The notes: generated by a model not told the origin, from the letters alone. A stretch of 61,269 nt of DNA, filler included, from Sphacelaria rigidula (GCA_964200075.2; 8 parts of 8 records of this genome joined end to end with filler, not necessarily neighbours in it), one strand, 5' to 3'; shown: positions 35,824 to 47,389, counted from the first letter of the whole stretch. Translations and numbers: made by a program.

Positions 35824-37764
35824 CTAGTTGGAGGGGGCCCCCCACCCCCTAAAGCGTTGCCCCACTTCATCTCCTCTTCTCCCATCACCCCCACCCAACC
35901 CGGCGCCGCCCACATAACCTTCTTGTTTTAACAAAACATCCCCGAGTAAGAAAATGTTAGCGGTCGGTCGCTCCGCAGTACCCACTACCCACCCCCCCTC
36001 CCGTTCATTGTAGAGCACGGGCAACGGTTTTGCCGACGGCGGCACGCCTCCACGCATCGCGCGGCAATGCGCATTAGCCAGCCTCCACAGCCCCGCGCCG
36101 ATCAACCCCTCCGCCAAGGCCGCCACAAGTATCGTCATCGGGACGGCCCAGGAGGGCGTGTGGGTCATGCCGCGTCGTAACGAGAGTCCCACCATTGCGA
36201 TAAGCATAAATAGAATCCCGCCCGCGATTGCCGCGGCCGCCGCTCGCTGGCTCGCGGTCAGCACCGCTCGCCGGCGCGCGGCGGAGTAGAAAGACACTCG
36301 GCGGTTATGCCTATCGCCAGTTCGGCCCTTGACTCTGCGGCTGGACGGACGACGGTTGCCATATGGATCTATACCGCCTCTAGTCCGTCTGCTACCGCCT
36401 CCGCCAGGGACAGCGCTGTCTTGGGTGCTATTATTGCCGCCATCGCCGCATAGCGACAGACAGCGGGAGCACCACCGCACGCAAGGAGTCGCCCAACCCC
36501 AGTCGCCCTCCTCGTCCGAACGAAGGATAAACGAAATGCAGCTCCGGCCGGTTCGGTTTTCCCACAGTGCTCGCAGATAGATGCCTTCGACCAGGGCAGC
36601 CGCAATCCATAGAGGCGTGAACACCGCCGCGTAAGACAAGCGGTTGCATGTGGCCTGGAACCACGGGGGTGTGCCTCCCGCGTTGATGACGTCTTCAGCG
36701 TCCAGTTTGGCGCTTAGGATGGCCGCGCCAACCAAGGCTAGGATGATGATGGGGCGCCGCCCGAGTGCCAGAGAGCTGCGTCGGCCACCTGCGCGAATGA
36801 CCGGACCCCCGGCGGTACCCCCGTCACCGTCGAGAATGAGAAACGAGTGCACGGCTAGCGCCGACAGGGCTATGATCGCGGGGCTCGCGATCGCACTGCT
36901 GGGCAGAGATTTCGACGACACCCCGACAAAACGCAAGAACAGGAGGATCATGAGCACGGCGGCGACGATCGCAAACGCCGACATGGTGAGCCACAGCCGA
37001 ACCCACGCCTGCAGCAGATAGCTGATGCGCACCGCGCGCACAGACACCGCTATCATCCCATCGGTGTTCTCGGGCCACTCGTACGGGCGCTCGCGTTGGG
37101 GGGGGAGGGACGGCGACCCTGACACCGTGGAAGATCCCGCAGGCAACTTCTCCACCGGAAGCGGCGACGGCGGCGTGTACGACGCCTCATCCTTCCTCTT
37201 TGACTCGTTCGTCATTTCCAGCTTCTTGTCCGCCTTAATCTCACCTTCGCTGTTGTTTCCACCACCACCACCACCACCACCCGGCGGCGGCCATGTGATA
37301 CCGCGGCCTCGTCGGCCGGCGCTGCTGCTGCTGCCTCCGCCCACGTTTCTCTGCGATACCGGCGACTGCACCGGCGAGTCTGCAACCGAACCAGCCGAGT
37401 CACTAGTGGCGGCGAGGGAAACCGTCCCCGCGGCCATTGTGGCACCTAATGCTTTCTTAGCCGTGACTACAGACTCCGTCTTCAATAGCGACGGGGCTGT
37501 AGGCGCACCCCCCTGGTCGTCCGACGGGGTCTTATACGCAGGCGCCATCGGTGAGGGAGGAGTCCGCGGCCTTGAAGGAGATACATTCCTCTGGCGCGAG
37601 GATATCCGGCGGAGGGCAATCCGGCGTTTGCGCTCCTCCTCGATCATCGTGCGCCGCACGTATGTGACCGAGACTACTAACTCCTTCATGAGCCAGACAT
37701 GTGTTAGGATAACGGGCAACATGACTACCGCATTCGGTATTGCTTCTAGAACGCCCGCCTTGAA
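35824..37764 (-). CDS. 1.94-kb terminal exon of a multi-pass membrane protein, TMEM185/FAM11-like
   Basis: Acceptor TTCTTCAG|TTCAAG opens 647 codons through the TAG stop. Several hydrophobic helices. AILSAKLD...SYAAVFTPLWIAAAL resembles the LxLKLD...W..VF.PLWI repeat of the Tmemb_185A family. Confidence 0.75.
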   Translation of the reverse strand, partial: FKAGVLEAIPNAVVMLPVILTHVWLMKELVVSVTYVRRTMIEEERKRRIALRRISSRQRNVSPSRPRTPPSPMAPAYKTPSDDQGGAPTAPSLLKTESVVTAKKALGATMAAGTVSLAATSDSAGSVADSPVQSPVSQRNVGGGSSSSAGRRGRGITWPPPGGGGGGGGNNSEGEIKADKKLEMTNESKRKDEASYTPPSPLPVEKLPAGSSTVSGSPSLPPQRERPYEWPENTDGMIAVSVRAVRISYLLQAWVRLWLTMSAFAIVAAVLMILLFLRFVGVSSKSLPSSAIASPAIIALSALAVHSFLILDGDGGTAGGPVIRAGGRRSSLALGRRPIIILALVGAAILSAKLDAEDVINAGGTPPWFQATCNRLSYAAVFTPLWIAAALVEGIYLRALWENRTGRSCISFILRSDEEGDWGWATPCVRWCSRCLSLCGDGGNNSTQDSAVPGGGGSRRTRGGIDPYGNRRPSSRRVKGRTGDRHNRRVSFYSAARRRAVLTASQRAAAAAIAGGILFMLIAMVGLSLRRGMTHTPSWAVPMTILVAALAEGLIGAGLWRLANAHCRAMRGGVPPSAKPLPVLYNEREGGWVVGTAERPTANIFLLGDVLLKQEGYVGGAGLGGGDGRRGDEVGQRFRGWGAPSN

Positions 37765-38039
37765 CTGAAGAAGTCATTTAGCATCGCGAGGAGCAACGTA
37801 CGGAGGGAGGGGGGCGAAGGGAGGGGGGGTGAGTAAATTGGATTGACTGGAGGGCATCTGAGACAGGTCAGAGCAACATATTGCGCTTTCCGCCAATGTG
37901 CTCTTCATAGAAGACATGCAATGACAGGAGGTATGATGGGCCAATGCCAGCGCCGGCTCTACAATCAGAACTGCTGCGTTAGAAAAACGTCGGCGCCTCG
38001 ATCAAAGGGAAAACTCACAGAACACACTGCCGCCGCGTC

Positions 38040-38258
38040 CCGGTAGTCGAGCGGTTCAACTGACACCAACAGGGCGGGAAGAATTCGGGTATTATTCCCG
38101 GGAGATGCGCTTGGGTTTTTTCTTGTTGAAAGTATCTGATTTCTGCCGTTGAACGCGTGAGAACGTAAGTGGCAAAATAGTTTGACTCAAGTTGGTTTGG
38201 CGAGAGTTGACGCGGTGCGGGAGTGCTGATCCAACCCACAAGGCCAAAATCCAAGGTG
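38040..38258 (+). mobile_element. SINE-like family 2, truncated by contig end
   Basis: A-box-like TAGTCGAGCGG. Core GAGTTGACGCGGTGCGGGAGTGCTGA is shared with 41590-41846. Confidence 0.6.
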
Positions 38259-38358
38259 NNNNNNNNNNNNNNNNNNNNNNNNNNNNNNNNNNNNNNNNNN
38301 NNTTAATTAATTAANNNNNNNNNNNNNNNNNNNNNNNNNNNNNNNNNNNNNNNNNNNN
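38259..38358. other. Artificial contig spacer
   Basis: N44-TTAATTAATTAA-N44. Confidence 0.99.
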
Positions 38359-38567
38359 AAAAAAGAAATGCCCTATTTTCTAACACAAGCGTACACACCA
38401 AATATAAAAAAAAAAAAAATGTCAAGGGGGCACAATAGGGAGTTCAAAAGATACCTCATGCGCATCGTGTCGAAATTTCGTGAAAAAATACTTGAAATTT
38501 AACAGCATAACCGCGTTTCATTTTTTCGTGGCTGGTTCATCTCCACCTAGGAACCAGTCTTGGACAC

Positions 38568-38862
38568 GAACACGCGATTTAACAGCTGAGTTTCAGGTCG
38601 CTTTCAATGAAATTTTGACGCGATGTACATGATATATGTGGGAAGACGCCACCTTTTTCCCTCTACATTTTTTTTTTCCCCTGAGTTATCGGCGACCAAA
38701 CATTTCAGAACAGTTTTTTCGGAACAAAATCGTGAATAACTTAAAAAAAAAGGAGAAAAAAATGCATGGGGGAAAAAGTGGCGTCTTCGCACATACATCC
38801 TGTACATCGTGTCAAATTTTCATAGAAATCAACCTGAAACTCAGCTGTTGAATCGCGTGTTC
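38568..38862. mobile_element. Foldback MITE with ~110-bp arms
   Basis: GAACACGCGATTTAACAGCTGAGTTTCAGG... pairs with ...CCTGAAACTCAGCTGTTGAATCGCGTGTTC. A partial further arm lies at ~38460-38520. Confidence 0.8.
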
Positions 38863-40030
38863 ACATCCCTGTGCGCGTCTTGGGCGGCCCAGCCTGTACG
38901 ACTGTGATTTCGTCGCCCATGAAGAGACCCGTCGCGATGGAAGAACAACCTTCCAAGCGACAAATACGGGGTATATAATTCCATCCAGCGGCTGCTGCAA
39001 TGGATGCGGGGGTTAACTGGGAATGCTCTGCGTCGGCCTTGCCGTTGAGGAACCTGTCGCCAGCACGCTGGGCCCAGAGGGCATCGTCTTCGCGAGCGTT
39101 GGTGCAAGGATGCTCAAGGTGCGACTAGTAATTAGACATGGAGTTACCACGATCTTCGTCGTATGGTATGCTCCCACTGAGACAGCACCCGCCTCTAGAA
39201 AGACCAAGTTCTGGAAAACACTGGGTAATCCCATCGCTGAAGTGTCCACCAACGAGATACCTGATACCTATGATGGACGCCAATGCTCGAACGGGAAGGA
39301 GAGAAGGAGGAGGCCCGGATGGCGTCCTGCTAGTGGGAGAGTATGGCAAGACACCCGGAGTGATGGCGGTTGAAGTCTGCTGAAATGCGCTGCCGAACAT
39401 TAAATAACACCAACACATTCCTTTTCACGCCAACTTGCGGGGGAAGCTCTGCCACATACACTTACGATAGACCGAAGGCCGGACAACGCCGGCGCCTGGA
39501 CTACATCCTAGGGAGTTAGCAAGATCGCAGACTCGTCCGAAACGTTACTGTGCACCCCGAGATGAAATCAGAACATCGACTAGTCTCAGCCACCCTCCGT
39601 CTCCTCGGACGGAGTGCACCCATTCGCCGACCAAAACCGAGAGATGGGAACAGCGGAGTGCGCTTCGACTGGAAACTCCTCACGTCCGACCGATCGTGGC
39701 GAGCGATGTTTTCACAGGCCATATTCGCTGAGCTCTAGAATGCCATCAATTCCTCTGCAGTCCTGATCTTCAAGGACATGACGTCGACCTTCGCCAACAC
39801 CCTGCGACGGACGGGTGTACACTCCCATGCTGCTCAAAATAACCGCTCATCTAGGGGTGTCGGTGAGTCGCCTCAGGCTCAGGATCGCCTTCAAGAGGTG
39901 TGGAATATGAGGGAGCGTGCATGGGAGAAAGTACGGGCCAGCCTCGAAGACCCTGAGCCGAAGAAGTCCCTGAAGGTGGCAGACAAGGCGTTCAAGCGGG
40001 TAAAGGGCGCTGAACGGCAGAAGTGCAGAA
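38863..40030 (+). mobile_element. Degenerate LINE (RTE-like) apurinic endonuclease region
   Basis: Frameshifted peptides VGLAVEE...ARMLKVRL...FVVWYAPTE, MMDANARTG and RLDYIL...VTVHPEMKSEHRLVSATLRL match the APE-domain motifs YAPT, GDxNA, IDYI and SDH. Confidence 0.85.
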
Positions 40031-40245
40031 CTAGTGGGGTTGGTAACCTCAAAACTTTCACACGGATGGGTCGTGGGTTCGAGTTTCGGTGCAGTCACAC
40101 GATCTGGGATTTTTATTCACACAATGCCCACAATGGAAAGCGAACACGTCGTGTGTACACAAAATTCGACTGCACGGTCTACGAGGGGAAGAGACTGCTG
40201 AACCCCTCTCGCGCTAAAAGACAAGCCGCAGAAGGAAGGTGGGGT
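40030..40245 (+). mobile_element. SINE family 1, diverged copy
   Basis: GGGTCGTGGGTTCGAGTTTC...CACAAAATTCGACT...CCGCAGAAGGAAGGTGGGG aligns with 12030-12215. Confidence 0.75.
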
Positions 40246-40376
40246 GAAGAAGCAATGCCACGTCGGAATGTTCTCCCGCACTTGATAGCAGCCAATAATC
40301 AAGCTTGAAGTACAACCGATTCTGTCTTATCCGTGACACGGTTTCTCGTGAATGTCAAGGGTAGGGTGTCTTCAAA

Positions 40377-40532
40377 TACTGCCTGCAGGGAAATCGGGCG
40401 GGGAGGAAGTATAACATTCTAGCTCATATAATGGAAGATGTGAGTGTTTCAGCTCTATACTGCCTGCAGGGAAATCGGGCGGGGAGGAAGTATAACATTC
40501 TAGCTCATATCATGGAAGATGTGAGTGTTTCA
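40377..40532 (+). repeat. Tandem duplication, 2 x ~81 bp
   Basis: TACTGCCTGCAGGGAAATCGGGCGGGGAGGAAGTATAACATTCTAGCTCATAT.ATGGAAGATGTGAGTGTTTCA occurs twice. Confidence 0.95.
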
Positions 40533-41589
40533 TCTCTGGCGACGGTTGATGAGTGGTGGGTAATAGGATACCGTGCAGCAGTAATGTAGCACGGAGACCG
40601 CCGCTGAAGCTATCGCATGAGCTTGGCAGGCAGCCAAAACAGCCGTGTTTTTTGTGTATGTGATCGTTTTGAAGAGAGACCACAGAGCCGATTCGTCCGC
40701 ATTTGTCTTGATTTCGAATTGGCACACCCAAATGCATTTGTATGTGATTATTACCCGACAGGCAGTACAGTAGTGCAGTACCGCACAGCGTTATTACCAA
40801 TGCACAAGGAAATTCAACCGTCATCATAGATGGTGTGCTGGTGTTGCTAACGAGAGGGTGAACACTTCTGCTATACAGTGTACAAAACAACGCTGCACTA
40901 CCGCACAAGACTGTTCCCACTACAGCAGCCGACACGGTCCTGGTTGGTGCATATGTTGTCGTTTTGAAGACAGATGAGAGAGCTGATATGTCCGCGCTTG
41001 CCTCCCTATTTCAAAGTGTTGTGCGGAAAAGCATGTGCATGCGTGTGGATCTCACCCAACGGTGCAGTCAGTACCAGTAGCGCACTAGGTTGTTCCTAAT
41101 ACAGTATCATTCATGCGCAGTAGTGCCTTGAGCACAAGGAACTTCAAGCGTCATCATGGATGATGTGCTGGTGTCGCCATCGAACGGGTATTCAAGACGG
41201 CTATTTCCCCCGCTGTCGTGTTTTCGGTAACCACGCAAGTCCCACCACACACGTACAACTGTGTTTGTCTTATGGGTCTTGAAACGAAGACACGTGAAAA
41301 AAGCCAGGGTGGATGCACACACGGTATTGGTGACCTCGGGAAAACGGGTTTTTCAACGTGTGTTCACATTAGAAGCACCCTGAATGTTTGGAGGTCTGGT
41401 CATCTCTGGCTATGCTCATACATAGTGATGGACAGTAGCTTTGTTCCTCCTGCAGGCAGAGCGTGGTTGGAAAAATGATTCCGATATGCTTCATTTTTTA
41501 CTTGAATAAAGTATGGGAACAATCTTCCCGTGACTTGATCGAAGGCCGGGTGGAGAGATATTTACGCTTTTAATATATTTGATCGCGAC

Positions 41590-41846
41590 AACATGGAGAG
41601 AACGGGGGTTCGATTCCCGATGCGTAATGTATAATTTCCACCGTGGAAAGTAATGTATTGTTTTTGTTTTCTTCGTAATGTATGATTTCCACCGTGGAAA
41701 GTGTTGGAACGTGAGTAAACAAAGTATTCGACTTGATTTTTGTGACGTGAGTTGACGCGGTGCGGAAGTGCTGACCCAATCCGCGAGACCAAAATGAAAG
41801 GCACGTGTAGGGGGAGATATGGGTTGATCCCTTGAGACCAAGGGGA
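41590..41846 (+). mobile_element. tRNA-derived SINE-like family 2
   Basis: Canonical B-box GGTTCGATTCCC at ~41607. Internal duplication of CGTAATGTAT.ATTTCCACCGTGGAAAGT. Body is shared with 38040-38258 and 3715-3965. Confidence 0.65.
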
Positions 41847-42585
41847 AGGGTTTAAAGTGTGAGGGAAAATTATAATGATCACGATCATGATGAAACTAAT
41901 AATAACAGCCGTGGTATAGACAGCAGCAACGAAACAGCAGCGAAGTCCCTACTGTCCTGAGCTATTTACCGTACAGCCTGTAGTACTGCTTTCTTCATGT
42001 CCGGTCCGGTGCAACAGTTGTAGCTGTGACAAAAGCAACGCTGAAAGACAGAACCACAGCCTGTTGAACTCACGAGTCGAGCCAGCGGAAGCGAGAGAGC
42101 CGTACTCCGTGGACGCAGCGTGCAGTGAAACAAACTTGTTTGTCGGGGTCACCTGTCGGTGTCCCTTTCGCACATTTTCTTTCCCCTGCGCTGTCTATCC
42201 CTCCTGTTCCACCGCTACGCCGTCTGCCATGTGTGGCTTATTCCTTGTTTCTAAGAAGTCGGGTTTCTATGTTGTAACTGTCGCGAAGCTGGGCACACTG
42301 AAAGTGTACATTTTCGTATATTTTGGCAAAAAAATGACCACGTATATATTTGTCATTAGTCTCCGCACACCGGACTCTGCACACCGGACGCGCGGTGTAC
42401 GTTCCATGTAGATACCACTGATGGCGCCCTCGAGATTTTGTGCTCGTGCCGTGGCCGCTGTGCAGTTTATCGTGTACACCGCTGACTGCCGCCTCCAGTC
42501 TGCAGTGGGTTGATTTATGTTCAAGTGTGGTATCTATTCCATCACTGTCTACAAACGAGCCCAGCGGGCAAACAGGCGGGGTATG

Positions 42586-42865
42586 CGCCAAAATCGCCAC
42601 GCGCCTTGAAATGTTTCGGTTTGAAACCCGAAATTTTGACACATGCTTCGTAAGGGACTTGCCGACACATTCACAGCTGGACTTGGTCTTCTGTGGTTCC
42701 GCCGATTTACCCCGATTCTCTGTCAACTGACGAGTTTGTCTTGGTTGTGCTTGAGCGAAAAATCAAGGTCAAGTTGTGAATGTGTCGGCAAGTCCGTCGC
42801 GATTCACGTGTCACAAGTGCGGCTCCCCACTCGAAGCATTTGTCCCCGCGTGACCATATTTGCAG
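42586..42865. repeat. Degenerate inverted repeat (old foldback element)
   Basis: GGACTTGCCGACACATTCACA pairs perfectly with TGTGAATGTGTCGGCAAGTCC, with weaker complementarity outward. Confidence 0.65.
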
Positions 42866-42948
42866 ATCTTGTTTCGATATCACTCCGCATCCTAACTCAC
42901 ATACAATAAAAGCAATATAGTGCCTCGGCCAAGGGGGTACGATTTTTT

Positions 42949-43930
42949 TGAAGGCAGGTCGAGTAGAGTATGTACCTTTGAGTAACGAGTAAAATACTCG
43001 AGTATTTAGTTTGCTCAAATTTTGACTAGGTTGAGTACGACCTCCACTTCTCTACTCAAATATTGAGTAAGCACTCTCAGTAATAGTTGAGTATTGAGTA
43101 TCACCTGGGTATGTTCTAAACACTGGACTCAAATTTTGATTAGGTCGAGTACGGCCTCGAATGCTCCACTCAAATTTTGAGTAGATCGAGTACGACCTCC
43201 AATACCCCACTCAACTATTGAGGAAGCACTCTCAGTAATACTCGAGTATAGAGTATCACTTGCATATGATAAGCAACCGTGACCGTCGGCGACTTCGTGG
43301 CGTCACGTCACAGGCTATGTTGAATGCATGGGCGAACGATGGCCATTAATTGGATAAGTGACGGTACGTCACGGGCTACAATGGGTATAAGTGAATGATG
43401 GCCATCAAAGAACAAAAACGTCGTGCTTGTGAATGAACCTACCTGCCCCAGCTCACCTGCCCCCACCCATGGCAGTATATACTTGAAACCTCTCAGCCTC
43501 TCGATATTACTTTCAGTTCAGGGCGCTACGTATCATCATTGAGTAATCGAGTAGGGATTATCAAAATGAGCGACTCGACTGGCCGCACATGTGACCCCTC
43601 CATGGGAAAGTCAACGGTGGTACATGGGGTCCGGCCTCAGATACTCTCCCCAACTTTCGGGTAGATAGAGTATGACTTCAAATACTCTACTTAAATTTGA
43701 AGTAGATTGGATATGACCTCAAATACTCTACTCAAAATTTGAGTAGGTCAAGTACGGCCTCACATACTTACTCAATTTTTTTGAGTAGGTCGAGTACGGC
43801 CTCAAATACTCTACTCAAATGTTGAGCAGGTCAGGTACGGCCTCACATACTATACTCAATATTTGAGTACTAACAGTATAACTCTTCGAAAAAACTGAGT
43901 ATTGAGTATACTCTACTCGACCAGCCCTTG
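42949..43930 (-). mobile_element. Non-autonomous hAT-type element (family C), second copy
   Basis: TIRs GGCAGGTCGAGTAGAGTAT and ATACTCTACTCGACCAGCCCTTG. Perfect 8-bp TSD GATTTTTT (42941-42948 and 43931-43938). 41-bp repeats at both ends. Internal 43250-43490 is the reverse complement of 11640-11900. Confidence 0.85.
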
Positions 43931-45929
43931 GATTTTTTATATTCTTGACCAAGATTCCAACTTATTTATCTTCGACCTATCGGGAAGGGGGGTAGACAAC
44001 CAGGTAACCAGGGTACCTCCCCCCCCCCCAAAAAAAACTGCCACACTAGCTCCGACATAAACCTTGAGCACTCCAATTCCTACATAAATGGAACATAACA
44101 TACCGTCTACCAGCACATAGCCTTCACCACGAAAGCCCCCTTGGGCCACCCGCCTCCGCTGGCATACTGTTGTGCTGGTTTGAGGGTGGTAAACTGTAGC
44201 GAAGTGACTGATGACCGGCAATACTCTATCCAAGTCATATTATCCGCCACACTAAACGAATCGGCGACGACCTACGGTCGTCTGGATTACCTTACTACTG
44301 CAGGTTGAGAGGTCGACTACTGCGCCGGCTGCGTTGTGAAATGACGTCAAAAAAAGCACAAAAGGCGCCGAACCATGCGAGATGCTTACACAGTCTCCTC
44401 CTTGGCCTGACTGCCGTCTTGCGCACGATTTAGCGAACTTTGGCTGAAGAAAAAAAAGGTAAATAGTTTGTGGATTTTCGGCCCTCCGGGGGGGGTTAGC
44501 GGGGTAGGGGTGTTGGTTAACAAACCTTTTATTCGGGCCTCCTTGTCTCGGCTATAAAATGTGAACAATCATGAATTACAGAATGAGACCTTCACGTTCT
44601 ATTCGCCTCGGGATCAACACGCTGAGAGAGGTTGGTCAAAGTTGTACTTTTTCAAGTTCATGGAGAGTTTTCAAGAGAGCCAGAACAAGAAGCCGATGAC
44701 GGAAATCTGCAACAAGGGAGACGTGAAAAGTTTCCCGAGAACAACACGGCGGATTCCAAAACTGGATGGCTTTGCATGACGGCTCAAAATTTCCGGTTGC
44801 AGCGATATACTCAGCTGACCCCGTTTCAGTACCGTCCAATAGAGGTGAACATCTGACACGATATGGGTGTGTTCGCCGGTCCAGCTTGTATTGTACTGTA
44901 TCGTACGGAAGTGTAGCACTTTCATGACTGGCAGTCAACGTAGCCTATACAGGGTGTACCAAGGTCTCGCAAAGTCTGCAGGCTCGGTCTGCGCAAAAAA
45001 ACTGGCTTTTCTCCCTCGAAATAACCCCAAATTTAGTCAAAATGTTGATATTTTTCACGGCAAGAGAGAAAGGGCCCGAAAAAACATGTCGGCCCTGGCG
45101 AAACAAAGGGCCTCATTTTTTTTCCCGCCTCCTGCAGAGAAGGCCGCAGTTTTGTTTTTGCCTCCGGCGAAATGAGTGCGGGCCAAAATTTATTTCTGTC
45201 GCAAGCCGCAGATGAGCTCGTCGGGACTCTGCGCCGCGCGCAGATTTTCCTAAATATCTGCGCTGCCGCAGCGCTGCATGCGCTTTTCGAGACCCTGGTG
45301 TGTACGTATTTCTACGAGGAGCTATCCTTTCAAATGAAGAGTGCAAACATCTTTGCCGACAGAAATCGTGGCATTTTCATCCATGTGCCGCGGCGTTGTG
45401 TTTATCCCATGGGAACGTGGCGCTGATTGCCACATCAGTAAAACAAATCTGAGTCATGCAGCGAGCGATCACCGCTAATTATGGCGGCGGCAGCGTGCAG
45501 GGGCAATCAGTGGGTGCACCTGCCATTCCTTCTGCCAGCTGCAGTCACTCGGCAAGACTTTGAGTTGTTTTATATTGGGGTCTCACTCCACAACCCACCT
45601 ACTGTAGGAAGAATACGAACATGTGGCTCTCTGTATGCCTGCCCGACACCCGCTCATTTCTCAGACCTAACTCGTGCCTCTTTTTCCATTTCGTTTGGGA
45701 TCTCACCACTGACATTTGACCCCGGTTCAGCAACGACTACTGACAGTCATCGCACAAACTCCCGGCCTCCACCAAATCCGACCTCCTGGGGTGGGCTGTG
45801 TGTCGACTTCTTACATTCGACTGAACAGTCCCAACCGTGGGGGGGGTGTACTCATGATCTTGCATGCCATGGTCATGAAAACCATTGACCTCGCATCCCC
45901 ACAAAGCCGGGACGGAGCACGCCGGGTTT

Positions 45930-46029
45930 NNNNNNNNNNNNNNNNNNNNNNNNNNNNNNNNNNNNNNNNNNNNTTAATTAATTAANNNNNNNNNNNNNNN
46001 NNNNNNNNNNNNNNNNNNNNNNNNNNNNN
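45930..46029. other. Artificial contig spacer
   Basis: N44-TTAATTAATTAA-N44. Confidence 0.99.
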
Positions 46030-46205
46030 CGGAAAGGGATGCGTGGGCAATGATCAAACCACAAAGGCAAGCAACAAACGAGTACGCCCCCCCCCCCCCC
46101 CCCCCCCCCCTCCCTCCACCTTCGTCTCTGAAAGGATGCATGGTGTATGGTCGAACAACTGAGGCAAGCAACAAATGAGTATGCCCCTCTTCCCCTCCCC
46201 CCTTT
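46030..46205 (+). mobile_element. Two tandem short 3'-end fragments of a LINE, each ending in a C-rich tail
   Basis: GAAAGG(G)ATGC.TGG...GGCAAGCAACAAA.GAGTA(C/T)GCCCC... occurs twice and matches the 3' end of the LINE at 47834-49163. Confidence 0.75.
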
Positions 46206-46231
46206 CACGTCTTCCCCACCTCCACCTCCAG

Positions 46232-46382
46232 GCGGCGTGCCGCGATCCATGCGGTGCCTTGGTGCTATTCAACTACCCGCAGTTCTTCCGCAGCCTGACC
46301 CCCACCACAAATGCGGGCGTTCCACTCCCTGATGCTCCGATTGACCTCGCGGTACTCGATATCTTCCGGGACCGAGCTCGCG
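46232..46382 (+). CDS. DOX: Alpha-dioxygenase (heme peroxidase-cyclooxygenase superfamily), internal exon
   Basis: CAG acceptor and G|GTGAGA donor. AACRDPCGALVLFNYPQFFRSLTPTTNAGVPLPDAPIDLAVLDIFRDRAR matches plant alpha-DOX GAL.LWNYP.W.R...DLAALEIYRDRER. Confidence 0.9.
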
Positions 46383-46598
46383 GTGAGACCGTGGGGTGTT
46401 TCGTTTATCTTTTTCTGTAAGTATTGCAACCAGCCTTTGCGGCACCGTGATGCTTATTGTTGGTGTTGGTGATGGTGGTAGTGGTGGTATAGTGGTGGTG
46501 GTGGCAAGTTAAGCATTGTGTTCTTCGTCGAATGCTCTTGTCGCGCTTTTTTTTCTTTCTTATCGTTCGTTTTTGTTTTCGATTTTTCGTTGTTCCAG

Positions 46599-46687
46599 GA
46601 GTGCCTCGCTTCAACGACATGCGCCGCGCGCTGAACATGAACCCGATCAAGACTTGGAGCGACCTTACCAAGGATGTTGAGTATCAG
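46599..46687 (+). CDS. DOX: Alpha-dioxygenase, internal exon
   Basis: TTCCAG acceptor and CAG|GTATGT donor. The phase-1 join gives GVPRFNDMRRALNMNPIKTWSDLTKDVEYQ (plant: VPRYNEFRR....PITKWEDLT). Confidence 0.92.
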
Positions 46688-47294
46688 GTATGTATGTACC
46701 GTGGCACAAAATTGGAATCATACCACACTCCCCAGAGACTACGGGCTCCTACGATGTATGGATGGGTATATTAGTGCGGGCGTTCGGACGTTGTTCGCAA
46801 TTTGCCTTTTTTATTTTTATTATTTATTTGCCGATTCCTTCCATATGTTTTCTGACCTGCGCTCCTTCTTCGTTTTATTTGAATTGCTTCTTGCTGCTGA
46901 TTTTCTCATTTCTTACGTGCCTACTAGTGTAGATCACGGAGCTTTGCTTGCGAATGCCTTCGAATTTTTTTGTATTTATCATCGTCCTGATTTCGATGTT
47001 TCTCCTTTTTTTCTCTTTCTTCCCTTTCTTCGCCTTCGTTGTTTCAATGTTTGACTTTTCTTGCCGTCTTAATCTTGTACCACGCAGTACATGCACATTG
47101 GTGTAAATCATGGAGCTTGTTCTGCAATGTCCCTCTGTGCTTTTGCCTGTTTCTTCTCTATTTGTTTTACTCATTATTTTCTCCATCATTCTACCCTTCG
47201 TTTCTCCTTTCTTTTGCTTCCGTTGTTTGTTTTCCTTGCCATGACTAACACATAATACCATATGTATACATGGATATTCATACATCGACTGTAG

Positions 47295-47389
47295 GCGGCC
47301 CTCCAGGAGGTGTACGGGGACGACGTGGAGCTGTGCGACGTCCTCGTAGGCAATCTAGCTGAAGACAAGATTCCTGGCTTCGCCATCAG
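47295..47389 (+). CDS. DOX: Alpha-dioxygenase, internal exon
   Basis: TAG acceptor and AG|GTAATC donor. The phase-0 join gives AALQEVYGDDVELCDVLVGNLAEDKIPGFAI(S) (plant: L.EVYG.DVE.LDLLVGLMAEKKIKGFAIS). Confidence 0.92.

Noticed and set aside
37025..37768. 247-aa plus-strand ORF (also 36329-36580, 36644-37021, and 51240-52136 in contig 7)
   Set aside because: Antisense shadows of GC-rich frames on the opposite strand.
44950..45307. Mariner-like element with TACAGGGTG start
   Set aside because: Only a partial inverted match (ACCAAGGTCTCGCAAAG / CTTTTCGAGACCCTGGT), with a degenerate right end and no second copy.
45839..46110. Inverted repeat spanning the sixth spacer
   Set aside because: These are two LINE 3' ends on separate contigs, and their head-to-head position is coincidental.
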